Counted from the first letter of the stretch, positions 44,440-57,621 are shown. The stretch: DNA of 64,000 nt from a virus (IMGVR_UViG_3300027205_000173:32001-96000), one strand, 5' to 3'. Numbers and translations: made by a program. The notes: generated from the letters alone by a model not told the origin.

Positions 44440-44871
44440 ATGCTCAATATGACAAATTTATTTTTGCGAGTTACAGACAATGAAGATATCTCCAATTTCA
44501 CATCCCAAGGTTTAGACGTATATGCGAATACGACAACAACAAATCTGAACATTTTCGGTAATCATGTCTATCCAAACGGAAAATTTGCCGTATCAGAAAT
44601 TGACTCAAATCTCGAACGTTATTTGCAAAAGGGATTTGCAAAACTTTTAGCAAATGGTCAAGTTAATATAGTAAATAATGCAGAAATTCAAGCAGCACCG
44701 AAGGAAAAGAAGAAGAAATCATCTGAAAATGAAACAACGAGTCAAGAAGTTGAAGTAATTGAAGAAACACCTGTAGTGGAAGAAGTACCGCAGTCGCAGG
44801 AACCAGAATCAAGCGACCTACAAGAAGTGGTTGCGACAACTCCGGAATCAAGTGAAAACACAGAAATCTAA
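44440..44871 (+). CDS. Hypothetical protein with an acidic tail
   Basis: 143-aa ORF between neck and sheath genes. Confidence 0.5.
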   Translation: MLNMTNLFLRVTDNEDISNFTSQGLDVYANTTTTNLNIFGNHVYPNGKFAVSEIDSNLERYLQKGFAKLLANGQVNIVNNAEIQAAPKEKKKKSSENETTSQEVEVIEETPVVEEVPQSQEPESSDLQEVVATTPESSENTEI

Positions 44872-44976
44872 TAAAAATTTTATTCTGCAGTTACATTAAA
44901 CAACAGTAATAATTAGATACAATACAAGGTACTGGCGGTGTTTTAGCCGGTCTGAACGATGAGGTAGGAAGGTCTT

Positions 44977-46479
44977 ATGCCCGGAATTAATATTAGCACT
45001 ACTACACGAACAGGCCCTATATCAACTTCTGTACGTGAGTCATCGCAAGCATTTTTTGTAGGAATCGCGCTTCGCGGACCTACCGATAGAGCCGTACTGG
45101 TCGGAAGCATTGAGGAATTTGAACTCAATTATGGTGGGTTTGTCAGTGGCACCTATTTGCATTCAACGGTTCAAACTTTTTTTGAAGAAGGTGGCTCGCA
45201 GTGCTGGATTGCTCGCGTCTCCGGCACTGGCGCCATTGCGTCTACCCTTAGTCTACTAAACTCAACGACGCCAGTCATTACCCTTACTGCGGTCGGTGCG
45301 GGTGTATGGTCTATGCCTGCCGGAACCGAGACCCTTTCGGCAATCGTAGAAACAGGAACTGCGACAGGCACCAAGGTTGTCAAAATATACAAAGAAGGAA
45401 CTCTGATTATGTCTACAGGCAACTGTACGACAAACGCGCAGATTGCCGGAAAAATTAACACTCATCCTGTTGCCAGTCTTTTATGTACTGCAACCGTTCT
45501 CGCCGATACCTTGGTTAGCCTACCAACAACGGCAACAGAATTTGGTGATGGAACCGACACGGATGGCGTCGCTGGATCGACCCCCACCGATGCTCAACTC
45601 CTTGCCGGACTGACTCTTTTTACCGATGAATTGGGTACCGGAGCGGTTGCATGCCCGGAATCAGTGGGTTCAACAGTACAGGCTGCTCTCATTGCGCATG
45701 CAAATAGTTTTAATCGTTTGGCATTCCTCTATCCGGCTGCCGGATCGGACCCTAACGATGGCACAGATTATGCAGCCATGATCGCTATCACCCAGGCAAT
45801 TAAGGCAGGCAGCAATGCAGAACATGTTGCCTTTTTCGCCCCATGGGTCTATGTTCCCACGTCTGTCGCTGGCATCAATAGAATGATTCCGCCGGTCGGG
45901 TATGCAGCAGCGGCGCGAGCAAGAGCACACAACGGAGTTGGACCACATCAGCCTGGCGCTGGCGTATCAAGTGTTGCTAGATTCGTGACAGGCCTTGAGT
46001 TTCCTATTGGTTCAACAGTCGGTGACAACTTGGATAACGAGTCAATTAATGCAATTCGTATCATCAATAATACGATTCGTATTTATGGTGCGCGTTCCTG
46101 CTCTGGCGATCTACCAAATTTCCGTTACATCACAGCACAGGACGTAACGAACTATGTTGTTGTTCAAGCGTATCGTGATCTTGAAGATATTCTGTTCCGA
46201 CCAATCGATTCGCGAAATGCCATGTTTGCCGATATTAGGCAGCGTCTACAGACAATTATGGAAGGATTGCGTTCAATTGGTGCTATTCATGAAGCATTCA
46301 ATAACGCCGGGGAGCGTATTGACTACGGGTACTCAGTTAAATGCGATTCATCAATTAACCCAATTGCAAACTTGGTCGATGGCCTAGTTAAGGCTCGTGT
46401 CGGTTTTCGAGTGACCGGCGTTGGTGACTCCATTCAAGTTGACATTATTAAGTCAAGCCTTACGGCTACCGTAGTCTAA
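44977..46479 (+). CDS. Contractile tail sheath protein
   Basis: MPGINI...FFVGIALRGP...FFEEGG..CWIARV; FAPWV...PPVG; INAIR...RIYGARS; FRYI; YSVKCD..N. Confidence 0.92.
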   Translation: MPGINISTTTRTGPISTSVRESSQAFFVGIALRGPTDRAVLVGSIEEFELNYGGFVSGTYLHSTVQTFFEEGGSQCWIARVSGTGAIASTLSLLNSTTPVITLTAVGAGVWSMPAGTETLSAIVETGTATGTKVVKIYKEGTLIMSTGNCTTNAQIAGKINTHPVASLLCTATVLADTLVSLPTTATEFGDGTDTDGVAGSTPTDAQLLAGLTLFTDELGTGAVACPESVGSTVQAALIAHANSFNRLAFLYPAAGSDPNDGTDYAAMIAITQAIKAGSNAEHVAFFAPWVYVPTSVAGINRMIPPVGYAAAARARAHNGVGPHQPGAGVSSVARFVTGLEFPIGSTVGDNLDNESINAIRIINNTIRIYGARSCSGDLPNFRYITAQDVTNYVVVQAYRDLEDILFRPIDSRNAMFADIRQRLQTIMEGLRSIGAIHEAFNNAGERIDYGYSVKCDSSINPIANLVDGLVKARVGFRVTGVGDSIQVDIIKSSLTATVV

Positions 46480-46503
46480 AAAACAATATAGAGGAGGCCT
46501 CTC

Positions 46504-47034
46504 ATGGCAAGTAAAATTTCTGCAAGGCAAATAATTGCAACAATTACACCCGTAGATAGCACGAAGTGCCCAACATTTACGGACTTTAGGTTTCCTCAGG
46601 TTTCCGGTGGTGAAATTACTGCTTCTGTTGAAAAAGTTTATGATGGTGGCTCTACTTTTCCCAGCCTACTTTGTGCTCCCTCGGAAATCGGGGACATTTC
46701 ACTCACCGCCTACTATGACGATAGTGCGGACAACGCTGACGTCGTAGAAAGCGCTACCCAGGCGCCAAATATTGCCGCAAAAGTTGGCAAACTTCGCCAA
46801 TTGGTTGGTCGTGCATTTTATAATATTAATATTCAGACATACGACTGCGACATTAAAGTGAATGGCAATGACCGACAGTACTTGAATGCACTCCTGGTAG
46901 CATTGTCAGAACCAGACGGAGACGCCTCATCTGGTGCCCCTGCTATGTTCTCTATGACTTTCTCCGTGCAGAGTGTCAGTACTCCTGCGTACACGGCTCC
47001 ACCGGCTGGTGGAAGCACGCCGGCAACAACCTAA
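46504..47034 (+). CDS. Tail tube protein
   Basis: Follows the sheath gene; F.QVSGGEIT...YDGG...DISLT...PDGDASS...FSMTF. Confidence 0.75.
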   Translation: MASKISARQIIATITPVDSTKCPTFTDFRFPQVSGGEITASVEKVYDGGSTFPSLLCAPSEIGDISLTAYYDDSADNADVVESATQAPNIAAKVGKLRQLVGRAFYNINIQTYDCDIKVNGNDRQYLNALLVALSEPDGDASSGAPAMFSMTFSVQSVSTPAYTAPPAGGSTPATT

Positions 47035-47088
47035 ACCACCACTGGGTAGTTCCACTACTGTAAGAATCGCTGTGCTAGAGTTCCAATC

Positions 47089-47616
47089 ATGACAGAACCA
47101 CTATACACAGAAGAAGCCACAGAGCCGCAAAAGACCAGCAAGGCATCAAAGCCTGCCGTAGAGTCGTCTCCTCTTGAAAGATTGAAAGAGACTATTTCCA
47201 AGAAGGTTGAGCGCGCCACAATTGTAATCAATGTTCCTGAGCGTCCTGGCGTTCAGTTGCGTATCCGTCCGACTATTACACAGCAACAGATGAAGGCCTG
47301 GCGTCGTAATTCCGGTGAAGATACCAAGGCTGGAATGGACCCTAGTAAGTTCGCTTGCTATTTAGTTGGACATACGACTGATGGAATCATGATCAATGGC
47401 GAAGAAGTCCTTGATGATGAAGGAAATGAACTAAACTTTGCTTCTAGGGAAGTCCTCAAGATGACCGATACCTCACGACCTGTTCCTGATGCTGTCCGTG
47501 CATTTTTCGGCGTTGATCCACATATCGAGGCTGCTGCTTTGACCATCCTAGACGCGGCGGGGTATTCAGATACTGTTGATGCCGTGGACCCTACGATGAC
47601 GCCTTCGAAGAATTAA
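47089..47616 (+). CDS. Tail assembly chaperone (gpG-like)
   Basis: Lies between tube and tape measure; ends VDPT.... Confidence 0.7.
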   Translation: MTEPLYTEEATEPQKTSKASKPAVESSPLERLKETISKKVERATIVINVPERPGVQLRIRPTITQQQMKAWRRNSGEDTKAGMDPSKFACYLVGHTTDGIMINGEEVLDDEGNELNFASREVLKMTDTSRPVPDAVRAFFGVDPHIEAAALTILDAAGYSDTVDAVDPTMTPSKN

Positions 47617-47792
47617 TCAAGGACCACTCGGTCATAAGCGCCGCTCGCCTCGGTGAACTCTGGGGCACTAATCCTTTGGAATTCCTTCGTCTTGATGAAG
47701 ACGAATGGATGATATTACTTGCTTGTGCTAAAGTAATACAGCAGGATAATGAGGAACGCGACCGGGAAATGAAAAAACGGAATCCTCGTTAA
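47589..47792 (+). CDS. Tail assembly chaperone gpT-like extension (-1 frame, no start of its own)
   Basis: The -1 frame from CCC TAC reads PYDDAFEELIKDHSVISAARLGELWGTNPLEFL...RNPR* and fills the gap up to the tape measure gene. Confidence 0.7.
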   Translation, partial: PYDDAFEELIKDHSVISAARLGELWGTNPLEFLRLDEDEWMILLACAKVIQQDNEERDREMKKRNPR

Positions 47793-47816
47793 TAGTTATA
47801 CGGATTTCCGGGAGTA

Positions 47817-50800
47817 ATGATGGCAGACGAAAAAGTCGGACTTGTAGTCAAAGTCAAGGTCCATGGCGAACAACAACTCCGCAAACTCAAACGTGAAATA
47901 AACGGTCTTAACGACCACGTTACCCTGCTCAAAAATCGAGTTACATCCAACCTTGACAGCATGGATGCTAAATGGAAAAAGCATTTTGACGGAGTCGACA
48001 AAATGGTCAAAATGATGGGTGGGGCGCTCACAAAGTTTGTTGGAATGTCAGCAAAATTTGCTGCAGGACAACTTGCCGCAATGGGAGCCGCAATGATGGT
48101 TGTTCACGGAGCATTCATCCTCGGTAACGCATCAATGAAAGCATTCCGATATATATCAAAGGGTGTTGCAGCCGGACTAGCCTCCATTACCGTCGCCGCC
48201 GGAACTGCTGCTGCCGCTATTAGAGAAAATCAAGCAGCCATGTTTGCCTATAAGAAATTGGGCAAGAATGAGTTTGGTTCTGGGATGAATCAGGTTCGTC
48301 AAGAGATGCGTGCTATGGCTCGCGATACTGACCTTGCAGGCTTGAGTGCCAAAGATTTAAATTCTATTTATTCTGAAATATCAAAGAAGGGCACTTACAC
48401 ACAGTCTTCTCAGGCTCTTGTTAAAAGTTTGATGGATTTTGGTGCTGCTGGTCAAGATGTTGCCCAGGGAGCACAGGCCGTCGGTGCTTTAGTTGGGATG
48501 CTTCAAGACCCTAAGGCTACATTTGCGCAGATTACTGCATCTGCGAAGGACCTTGGTCCCGCAATGGAAAATGCTCTTAAGGAAGCGAAGACTAAAGGTA
48601 TTGATACTGTCGCTGAATTAAAAGGTGCGATCCTTGATGGAACATTGTCCGTCATAGGTGGCGTGAATGGTCAGTTCGCTGCTGTCAACGACACTCTTAT
48701 CGGTCGTTTTAAGAAAGCAATGAATATTATTAAGGCTGACTTTGCTGACTTTGGTCAAGTGTTTTTGGCGCCGGCAAAAGATGCTTTAGGAAAGATTGAA
48801 CACACCATTAGGCGAACTTTAATTCAAGTGACTGGGACTCTTACCACTTTTGGCAAGGGCTCCATGATGGATGGTCTTACTAGTGGTTTTGAAAAGTTGG
48901 CTGATGGTTTTGCCAAGATGATCAATAATTATGTCCCCAAGGCCGAGGGGATGTTAAAGGGTATTAGTAGTTGGTGGAGTGATTTTAGGAACGGTTGGAA
49001 TGATGTCCTAGATAGGACTCGTCCTTTTATCGATGCTGCCAGAGTTATTGAAGACATGATCAAGAATGCTTTGCAACCGTTGTTTAGTGAGTTCGGTAGT
49101 GCGATGGATAATACTCGTAATTTGATTCTCAATAATAAGCAAGCGTTTGAAGAGTTTGGTACGCGTGTTGGTGCATTTATTACTGAGTTTGGTCGGTTTG
49201 CTGGTGCTACTCGTGAAATTTTTGTTCAGGCAATGCCGTTTATTAACGATATGGTTGAGGGGGCCACGAAACTTTTCCATATATTCAATGATGTTCTTGG
49301 TGCAGTTAGGCAAATTGCTGGTGTTGATAGTCCTGCTGGTGCGTTTGGTTTAGCGGGTGCCCTCATGGCTGGTGGTCGTGGTATGAAGAAAACTATTGGT
49401 GGTGTTGTTCCGGATTTTGCAAAGATGCAGAAAACTCAGTTAATGAATGTTAATGCTGGTGTTGTTAATGTTGATGGCCCGGGTGGTGGCATGTCCAGTA
49501 AGACTGGTGGCGGAGGCGGCGGTATTGCTGGTGCCGGTGGGCGATCTCTTACTATGCCAAGTGGGAAAACATTCCCCATGGCACCGAATCAACTTCAGGC
49601 TGGTAGTGGGCTCTACGGTGCAGGCCACCCTATGTCTCCTCTTCGTCAGCAAGGTATGAGATCACAGGTTGGTATAGATAATACTGGTGGTGGCGCTCCT
49701 ACGGGGACTGGCGTTACTCCTGCTGGTGGCAGAGAGATTGCGCCAGGATATGTTACTGGACCGCATAATAAAGGTATTTATGAGACTGCCAGTGGACGTA
49801 AATTAACTATGAGGGATGGTGGATGGTGGAAGGCTATGGCAACACCAAACACACCCGGATATGCGCAATCAGTAGATGGTGTTGACCCATCTAGATACAA
49901 AAAATTTATGGGCAAGTATGGTCCTCGTGCACAGCGAACAACTGAAGCATATGCAAGATTTGCTGGTGACGAAGCAAAAGGTATTAAGGGTTTCAATAAT
50001 AGGGCTTCGACAGGCATAGGGGCAACTTTGGGACTTGGTCTTCTTTCTAGCATTGCTCCCGAATCTGCCAAGGGTGCTTTGGCTCTCGGTTCTGGAGTGG
50101 CGATGTTTAACCCCGGGGCTGGTGTTGCTATCGGTGGTCTTGGTGCTGCAGCAACTAGTACTAGTAGTGGTTTTGGCGCTGCTTCTGGAGCGATGGGTGG
50201 TTTTGCTGCAGGAATGATGACTGGTAGTGTTCCGTTTGCAATCATCGGTGCAGTCATGGGCGCTATTGCTGGCGGAATCATGGGCGCTGTTAATAAAAGA
50301 AAAGAAGAGTACAAACTTGCCAGAGCCGCAGGCGCAGCCATGGCGAGTAATGTCCAATCTGGCATGCTGTCCGGAATAAGTTCTTCGTTGGGTTCAGTTG
50401 TTGGACAAGGTGCGGGGGTCACTAGGCGTGTTGCTAAACAACAACTTGATACTTTGGTTTCTACAAATCAACAAAATGTTAATGATATAACGGGATTTAT
50501 CGCCCAGGGCCCAGATGCTTTGAAAGCCGAAATGGCAAGAGGCTACAATGAACAAAGTGGAGTATTTGCAAATATACCCTATGATAAATATCAAGATGCA
50601 TTAAACCGTCCCCAAGCATTTGCAGAAGAAACTCTCAGAGAAATGAACAAAGACCTGAGCGCAAGTAGGTCTATTCAGACTATTTATGACTCAAGAATGA
50701 AACAGTATGAACAACTTTTTGGCATGACGGAAGATCAAGTTTTTGGACTTGCACAAAGTACTGGTTTGAACTTGATGGAAGTAACACAAAGTCTTGATTC

Positions 50801-52163
50801 CGCAATTAGTCAACTTGTTTCAGGGATGATTAGCAGCACTTCCTCACTCAATGCATTTATTGGTGAAACATATGCCAGCATGTACGACGTCGTAGATACA
50901 GCAAAGAAAGCATCAGAAGCACCCAAAATATATGACGAGGCAGCGCGTACTATATTCGACAAGAATGCTGCGGGAACTTTGACGTCACCAGATATCATGG
51001 ATTTCTTAAAAACTGCGTTGCAACAATTTCCAGCAATGTATGGCTCCTCCCCTGGCGGACAGACGCGTGGCTTAATAGAGTTTGGAAATCAATTCTTAAA
51101 CGAAAACGGTTTGGCTTATCAGTATGGACCTAATGGAGAAAAATATCCATTAAGCGGGATGGGTGGCACTTTCTTTAATCAAGAAAACAAGCCAATCATG
51201 GACGAATTGAGAGGTATACAACAGGCGTCACTTGGACGTGCCGGAAGAGAATTGCTGACAACCTCTTTAACTACTATGGGTCTTCAATTGTCGGACCCAA
51301 GTCTTGCTTCGGGATTCGGAGGACAGTTGAATGCTCTTGCCCAGACAGACCCAGAAGCAGCAACCAATGTCGTTAATACTCTGGCTAAATTTCAAGATTA
51401 TTTTGCTGTGGCAACAACAGAAGAACAACAATCGGCAGTTACTAGTGGGCTTGACAGTTATTTGAAAGAGACATTCAACACTTTGTTTACAGGGGATTGG
51501 GCCACAACAGTATTTAAACCATTAGAGGACACTGCTGCTGCGACGTCAACTGCTGTTTACAAAGGAATAACAGATGCCTTTGCGCCAGGATTTAACCTCT
51601 CCGCAAACAGTGTAAGTGTCGCCGCTGCTCAATCAGCGCTTGTTACAAGCCCCTCTGTAACCGTAGTTCAAAACGTCGCACCTAAGGACACTAAATTCCC
51701 TAAATCCAATAGTGTTGGTGATACGGGTACCAACTTATCGAAGACGCTTGACGCACACCAAAGACTCAATACTGGTGCCGGGAATAGATTTATAACTTCA
51801 AGTTACAGAAATTATTCACTTGGATCATCCAACTCTGACCATATCAATGGTCGTGCCTATGATCTTGTTGGCGACAATTTGATTTCATATCGTGATGCCG
51901 TTCAACGTGATGGTGGCTTTGCTCAATTCCACGGCGATACACAAAATAGACATCTTCATGTTGTTCCTAGAATTGGCGACTCCATGTCACCTGCGTACGC
52001 AATGGCAACTGGGGCTGCAAGCGTTACGGGGTCTCAGTCATCAGGATCACCCGTATATAATATTACTGTCAATGGTGCTGGTTCTAATCCCGAGGAAATA
52101 GCAAATATAGTTATGCACAAAATTAAGATTAATGAAAAAATTAGCAAAGAAAGAGCATACTGA
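47817..52163 (+). CDS. Tape measure protein with a C-terminal M15-like peptidase domain
   Basis: 1448 aa, A/G-rich helical; ITSSYR...SDHINGRAYDL...HLHV near the C-terminus. Confidence 0.88.
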   Translation: MMADEKVGLVVKVKVHGEQQLRKLKREINGLNDHVTLLKNRVTSNLDSMDAKWKKHFDGVDKMVKMMGGALTKFVGMSAKFAAGQLAAMGAAMMVVHGAFILGNASMKAFRYISKGVAAGLASITVAAGTAAAAIRENQAAMFAYKKLGKNEFGSGMNQVRQEMRAMARDTDLAGLSAKDLNSIYSEISKKGTYTQSSQALVKSLMDFGAAGQDVAQGAQAVGALVGMLQDPKATFAQITASAKDLGPAMENALKEAKTKGIDTVAELKGAILDGTLSVIGGVNGQFAAVNDTLIGRFKKAMNIIKADFADFGQVFLAPAKDALGKIEHTIRRTLIQVTGTLTTFGKGSMMDGLTSGFEKLADGFAKMINNYVPKAEGMLKGISSWWSDFRNGWNDVLDRTRPFIDAARVIEDMIKNALQPLFSEFGSAMDNTRNLILNNKQAFEEFGTRVGAFITEFGRFAGATREIFVQAMPFINDMVEGATKLFHIFNDVLGAVRQIAGVDSPAGAFGLAGALMAGGRGMKKTIGGVVPDFAKMQKTQLMNVNAGVVNVDGPGGGMSSKTGGGGGGIAGAGGRSLTMPSGKTFPMAPNQLQAGSGLYGAGHPMSPLRQQGMRSQVGIDNTGGGAPTGTGVTPAGGREIAPGYVTGPHNKGIYETASGRKLTMRDGGWWKAMATPNTPGYAQSVDGVDPSRYKKFMGKYGPRAQRTTEAYARFAGDEAKGIKGFNNRASTGIGATLGLGLLSSIAPESAKGALALGSGVAMFNPGAGVAIGGLGAAATSTSSGFGAASGAMGGFAAGMMTGSVPFAIIGAVMGAIAGGIMGAVNKRKEEYKLARAAGAAMASNVQSGMLSGISSSLGSVVGQGAGVTRRVAKQQLDTLVSTNQQNVNDITGFIAQGPDALKAEMARGYNEQSGVFANIPYDKYQDALNRPQAFAEETLREMNKDLSASRSIQTIYDSRMKQYEQLFGMTEDQVFGLAQSTGLNLMEVTQSLDSAISQLVSGMISSTSSLNAFIGETYASMYDVVDTAKKASEAPKIYDEAARTIFDKNAAGTLTSPDIMDFLKTALQQFPAMYGSSPGGQTRGLIEFGNQFLNENGLAYQYGPNGEKYPLSGMGGTFFNQENKPIMDELRGIQQASLGRAGRELLTTSLTTMGLQLSDPSLASGFGGQLNALAQTDPEAATNVVNTLAKFQDYFAVATTEEQQSAVTSGLDSYLKETFNTLFTGDWATTVFKPLEDTAAATSTAVYKGITDAFAPGFNLSANSVSVAAAQSALVTSPSVTVVQNVAPKDTKFPKSNSVGDTGTNLSKTLDAHQRLNTGAGNRFITSSYRNYSLGSSNSDHINGRAYDLVGDNLISYRDAVQRDGGFAQFHGDTQNRHLHVVPRIGDSMSPAYAMATGAASVTGSQSSGSPVYNITVNGAGSNPEEIANIVMHKIKINEKISKERAY

Positions 52164-53737
52164 TGTCTGCAATATACTCCTGGGGCGTGGCAGATGAATT
52201 GAATTTCAAAGGACCGTACATAGTAAAAGATGGGAAATATATTCGCGATCAGATATATACTGTAAAAAAATCTGATCCACCAATATCTCAGAGGACCAAT
52301 GACGCTGGGAGAAAACTATATTTAGTATTGCACAAAGGACAATTAGCGGAAGTAATAAAAAGTGATTATTGGGGTTTAACTTATTCATATACCGACACCA
52401 CAAAGTGGTTCATAGTAAGGCTATGGGTCTATGCCAGTACACCGCAGATACCCAAGAGAACCGAATATGACACGGTGAATAATGGTGGTGCCGCTCTTTA
52501 CTGGATGGGAACTTGGGCAAATTCAGCAAACGGTGACCGTATGCCAAAAATGTTGACATATGCAGAACCTGGAATGAATTATCGCTATATATATAAAACT
52601 AATGAACTCGGCAAATTTCCCCTAGGCAGTCCATCTACCGGAACAACACCCCCACCATCCGTTGGTGGCGGACGTGGCAATAACCCTGGCTGGGATGGAA
52701 CAATACCTTCGACCGGCCCCAATAGCGGTACTTCTATTACCGTTGGAACGAATCCACCCAGTAGCGGTGACGCTCAAGACATAGCATGGTGGCTGAATTA
52801 CCCCCCCGCTCCAAGTACCGCTTCAAGTACCAACCCTGGTACCCCTAAGCCTGGCGACAAAGACAAAGGCAAAGGCCAATGGGTTACTGGCCCAGATGGA
52901 CAAAGATACTACTTACCACCTGGTATTGATTTTGCTGGATTGCAAAGAGAATACGACAGGACGCACCCTAAGCCTGAAACAAAAATTGTCGTCCGCATGC
53001 CCAAGGGCTACGCCTCACCAGTATCAACCGTTGACACCAAACCACGGATGACGCAAAGACAACTAGATTTGACCGAAAGTGGTCAAGCAATAGGCACTGC
53101 CACGGAGACATTCGTCTTTCCTTATATTCCGCAAAATATTCGATATTCAGACATTGGTTCGCAGTGGCAAGAAATTCCTCGCGCATTGAACACTTCATTT
53201 GTTGACTGGGTTGGATATAAGTTGATGAAAGTCTCTATGGATTTTCTTGTTACTGCAAGAATGCAAGTTGGCCCAGTGACAACGCCGAATGTCGTTTCTG
53301 ATGGCCTATTTAACTCCGTGGCTGAAGATTTAGGTAGATTGCGAAGGATGGCAACAAACAAGTCTCCCGTCACCCTGGAGGGTTTTGATGACATTCTGAG
53401 CGTACAAATGGCTCGGTCAAAATCCGGAGGACCCAGAGGTATTGAGTTTGTTATTCAGGATTTAAATATTACCGCTGGTCGCAGAACCATCGACCCAGAC
53501 ACCGGTCTAGCAACGAGCCCAATATCAAACATTGCTGCCGCACAAGTTAGCCTAACTTTACAAGAGATACCCATAGAGAGCGTCACCATAGTGAAACTCC
53601 CTCCTTTAAACTTAGGTGCTCCACTTATAGGCAAGAAAGAAGGTGGTGGTGGTGGTGGTGTGCCTTCATTGGGTCTGCAAAGCGATCTCCTAACTGGCCT
53701 TAAATGGGCGGTATCCGAACCACCGGCGGGTACCTGA
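52163..53737 (+). CDS. Tail/baseplate protein (tube-initiator-like C-terminal domain)
   Basis: Follows the tape measure; FVFPYIPQNIRYS...W.EIPR...I.DLNIT...AQVSLTLQE. Confidence 0.55.
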   Translation: MSAIYSWGVADELNFKGPYIVKDGKYIRDQIYTVKKSDPPISQRTNDAGRKLYLVLHKGQLAEVIKSDYWGLTYSYTDTTKWFIVRLWVYASTPQIPKRTEYDTVNNGGAALYWMGTWANSANGDRMPKMLTYAEPGMNYRYIYKTNELGKFPLGSPSTGTTPPPSVGGGRGNNPGWDGTIPSTGPNSGTSITVGTNPPSSGDAQDIAWWLNYPPAPSTASSTNPGTPKPGDKDKGKGQWVTGPDGQRYYLPPGIDFAGLQREYDRTHPKPETKIVVRMPKGYASPVSTVDTKPRMTQRQLDLTESGQAIGTATETFVFPYIPQNIRYSDIGSQWQEIPRALNTSFVDWVGYKLMKVSMDFLVTARMQVGPVTTPNVVSDGLFNSVAEDLGRLRRMATNKSPVTLEGFDDILSVQMARSKSGGPRGIEFVIQDLNITAGRRTIDPDTGLATSPISNIAAAQVSLTLQEIPIESVTIVKLPPLNLGAPLIGKKEGGGGGGVPSLGLQSDLLTGLKWAVSEPPAGT

Positions 53738-54906
53738 TGGCTGCTGAATATAAGTTCAGTGAAGAGCGCTGGGACGCTATCAAATCTGAATACAGTAAAC
53801 ATGAGTGGGATATTGTTATTGGCGATTTAGATACCGGCCAAATAGCAATCATTAAAGAATCAATTTTGAGTATGCAAGTCAGTTACTCGATGTCCGAAGT
53901 GACACAATTGAGCATATCTTTGATTGACCCAAATTTCGAAATGTTAAAAGCAAACTATTTTATTATTGGTCGAGATGTTCTTTATCGCTCAAAAAACATT
54001 GCAGAAATGAAAAGACTCAATGAGGAGAACGATCATAATGGAAAGCAAATAAAACCAAAAAACTATTATGAATTAAAACTAGAAATAAGTGAAGTTAGTG
54101 TAGACCAGGGGCCGGGAAGTTCCCCTGTTATTACAATTAATGCACGAAGCAAGCCAATCCAGCAGATGAAAAGATACAAAAATGCCAACGAATTAAAGGC
54201 TGCACAGGCAAAAATCAAAGGCAAACAGTCTGCACGAGGTTTCCTTCAATATATATGTGATTCATTTGGATTAGCACTAGTTTCCGATCCACTCATTTCT
54301 AAAACATCATCAATTAATGTTTCTTCGGACGCAACCAAGTCATCAGATTCTGCTTGGGATGTGGTGAGTAGGATAGCCGGTGATAATAACTGTGCAATAT
54401 TTGAAGTTGATGGCGTCCTGTTTGTGGTCAAACTCAAAACGCTATATGGGGGATGGGGAACAGAACGTGTTGCTGCCAATATTTTTAATTTAAAAACCAA
54501 TACAATCTCCGAAAAAACGATCACTGCTATTCCGATCATTTATCCTCCCCCCTACGGGAAGATGACTGCACTAGGAAAACCACGTTACGAAGACTTCATA
54601 CTTACACAAATGCCCAGTATTTCAAAATCAGATCAGGACCCCTATCAATGCCAGGCAAGTATTCAGTTGGATAGATTTGCTGGTACTTCTTTGCGCCCTG
54701 GTATGACGGTTGCCTTGTGGGGAATACCAACACTTTCCGATGTTTTTATTATTAATACTGTTACTTATGACGAGATGTCAATCAATCCCGTTAATGTAAC
54801 TTTGATTAAGCCCGAACGTGATGTAGAAGATAAAGATAAGGCTATTCAGGATTATCTTGTTGGCGGTATCTATCTTGCTGCTGAAGCGCCGACATTAGCG
54901 TTGTAA
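53737..54906 (+). CDS. Baseplate hub protein (gpD/gp44-like)
   Basis: SMSEVTQLSISLIDP...SAWDVVSRIAGDNNCAIFEVDGVLF...LRPGMTVALWGI; TGATG coupling. Confidence 0.7.
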   Translation: MAAEYKFSEERWDAIKSEYSKHEWDIVIGDLDTGQIAIIKESILSMQVSYSMSEVTQLSISLIDPNFEMLKANYFIIGRDVLYRSKNIAEMKRLNEENDHNGKQIKPKNYYELKLEISEVSVDQGPGSSPVITINARSKPIQQMKRYKNANELKAAQAKIKGKQSARGFLQYICDSFGLALVSDPLISKTSSINVSSDATKSSDSAWDVVSRIAGDNNCAIFEVDGVLFVVKLKTLYGGWGTERVAANIFNLKTNTISEKTITAIPIIYPPPYGKMTALGKPRYEDFILTQMPSISKSDQDPYQCQASIQLDRFAGTSLRPGMTVALWGIPTLSDVFIINTVTYDEMSINPVNVTLIKPERDVEDKDKAIQDYLVGGIYLAAEAPTLAL

Positions 54907-54915
54907 GGTATTGTC

Positions 54916-57621
<2,706 letters not shown>

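Noticed and set aside
46258-46280. EGLRSI in the tail sheath as another GxRS site
   Set aside because: It falls in a predicted structured helix of the sheath C-terminal domain and lacks the R/Q/K/T fifth residue and linker context, so it is probably chance.
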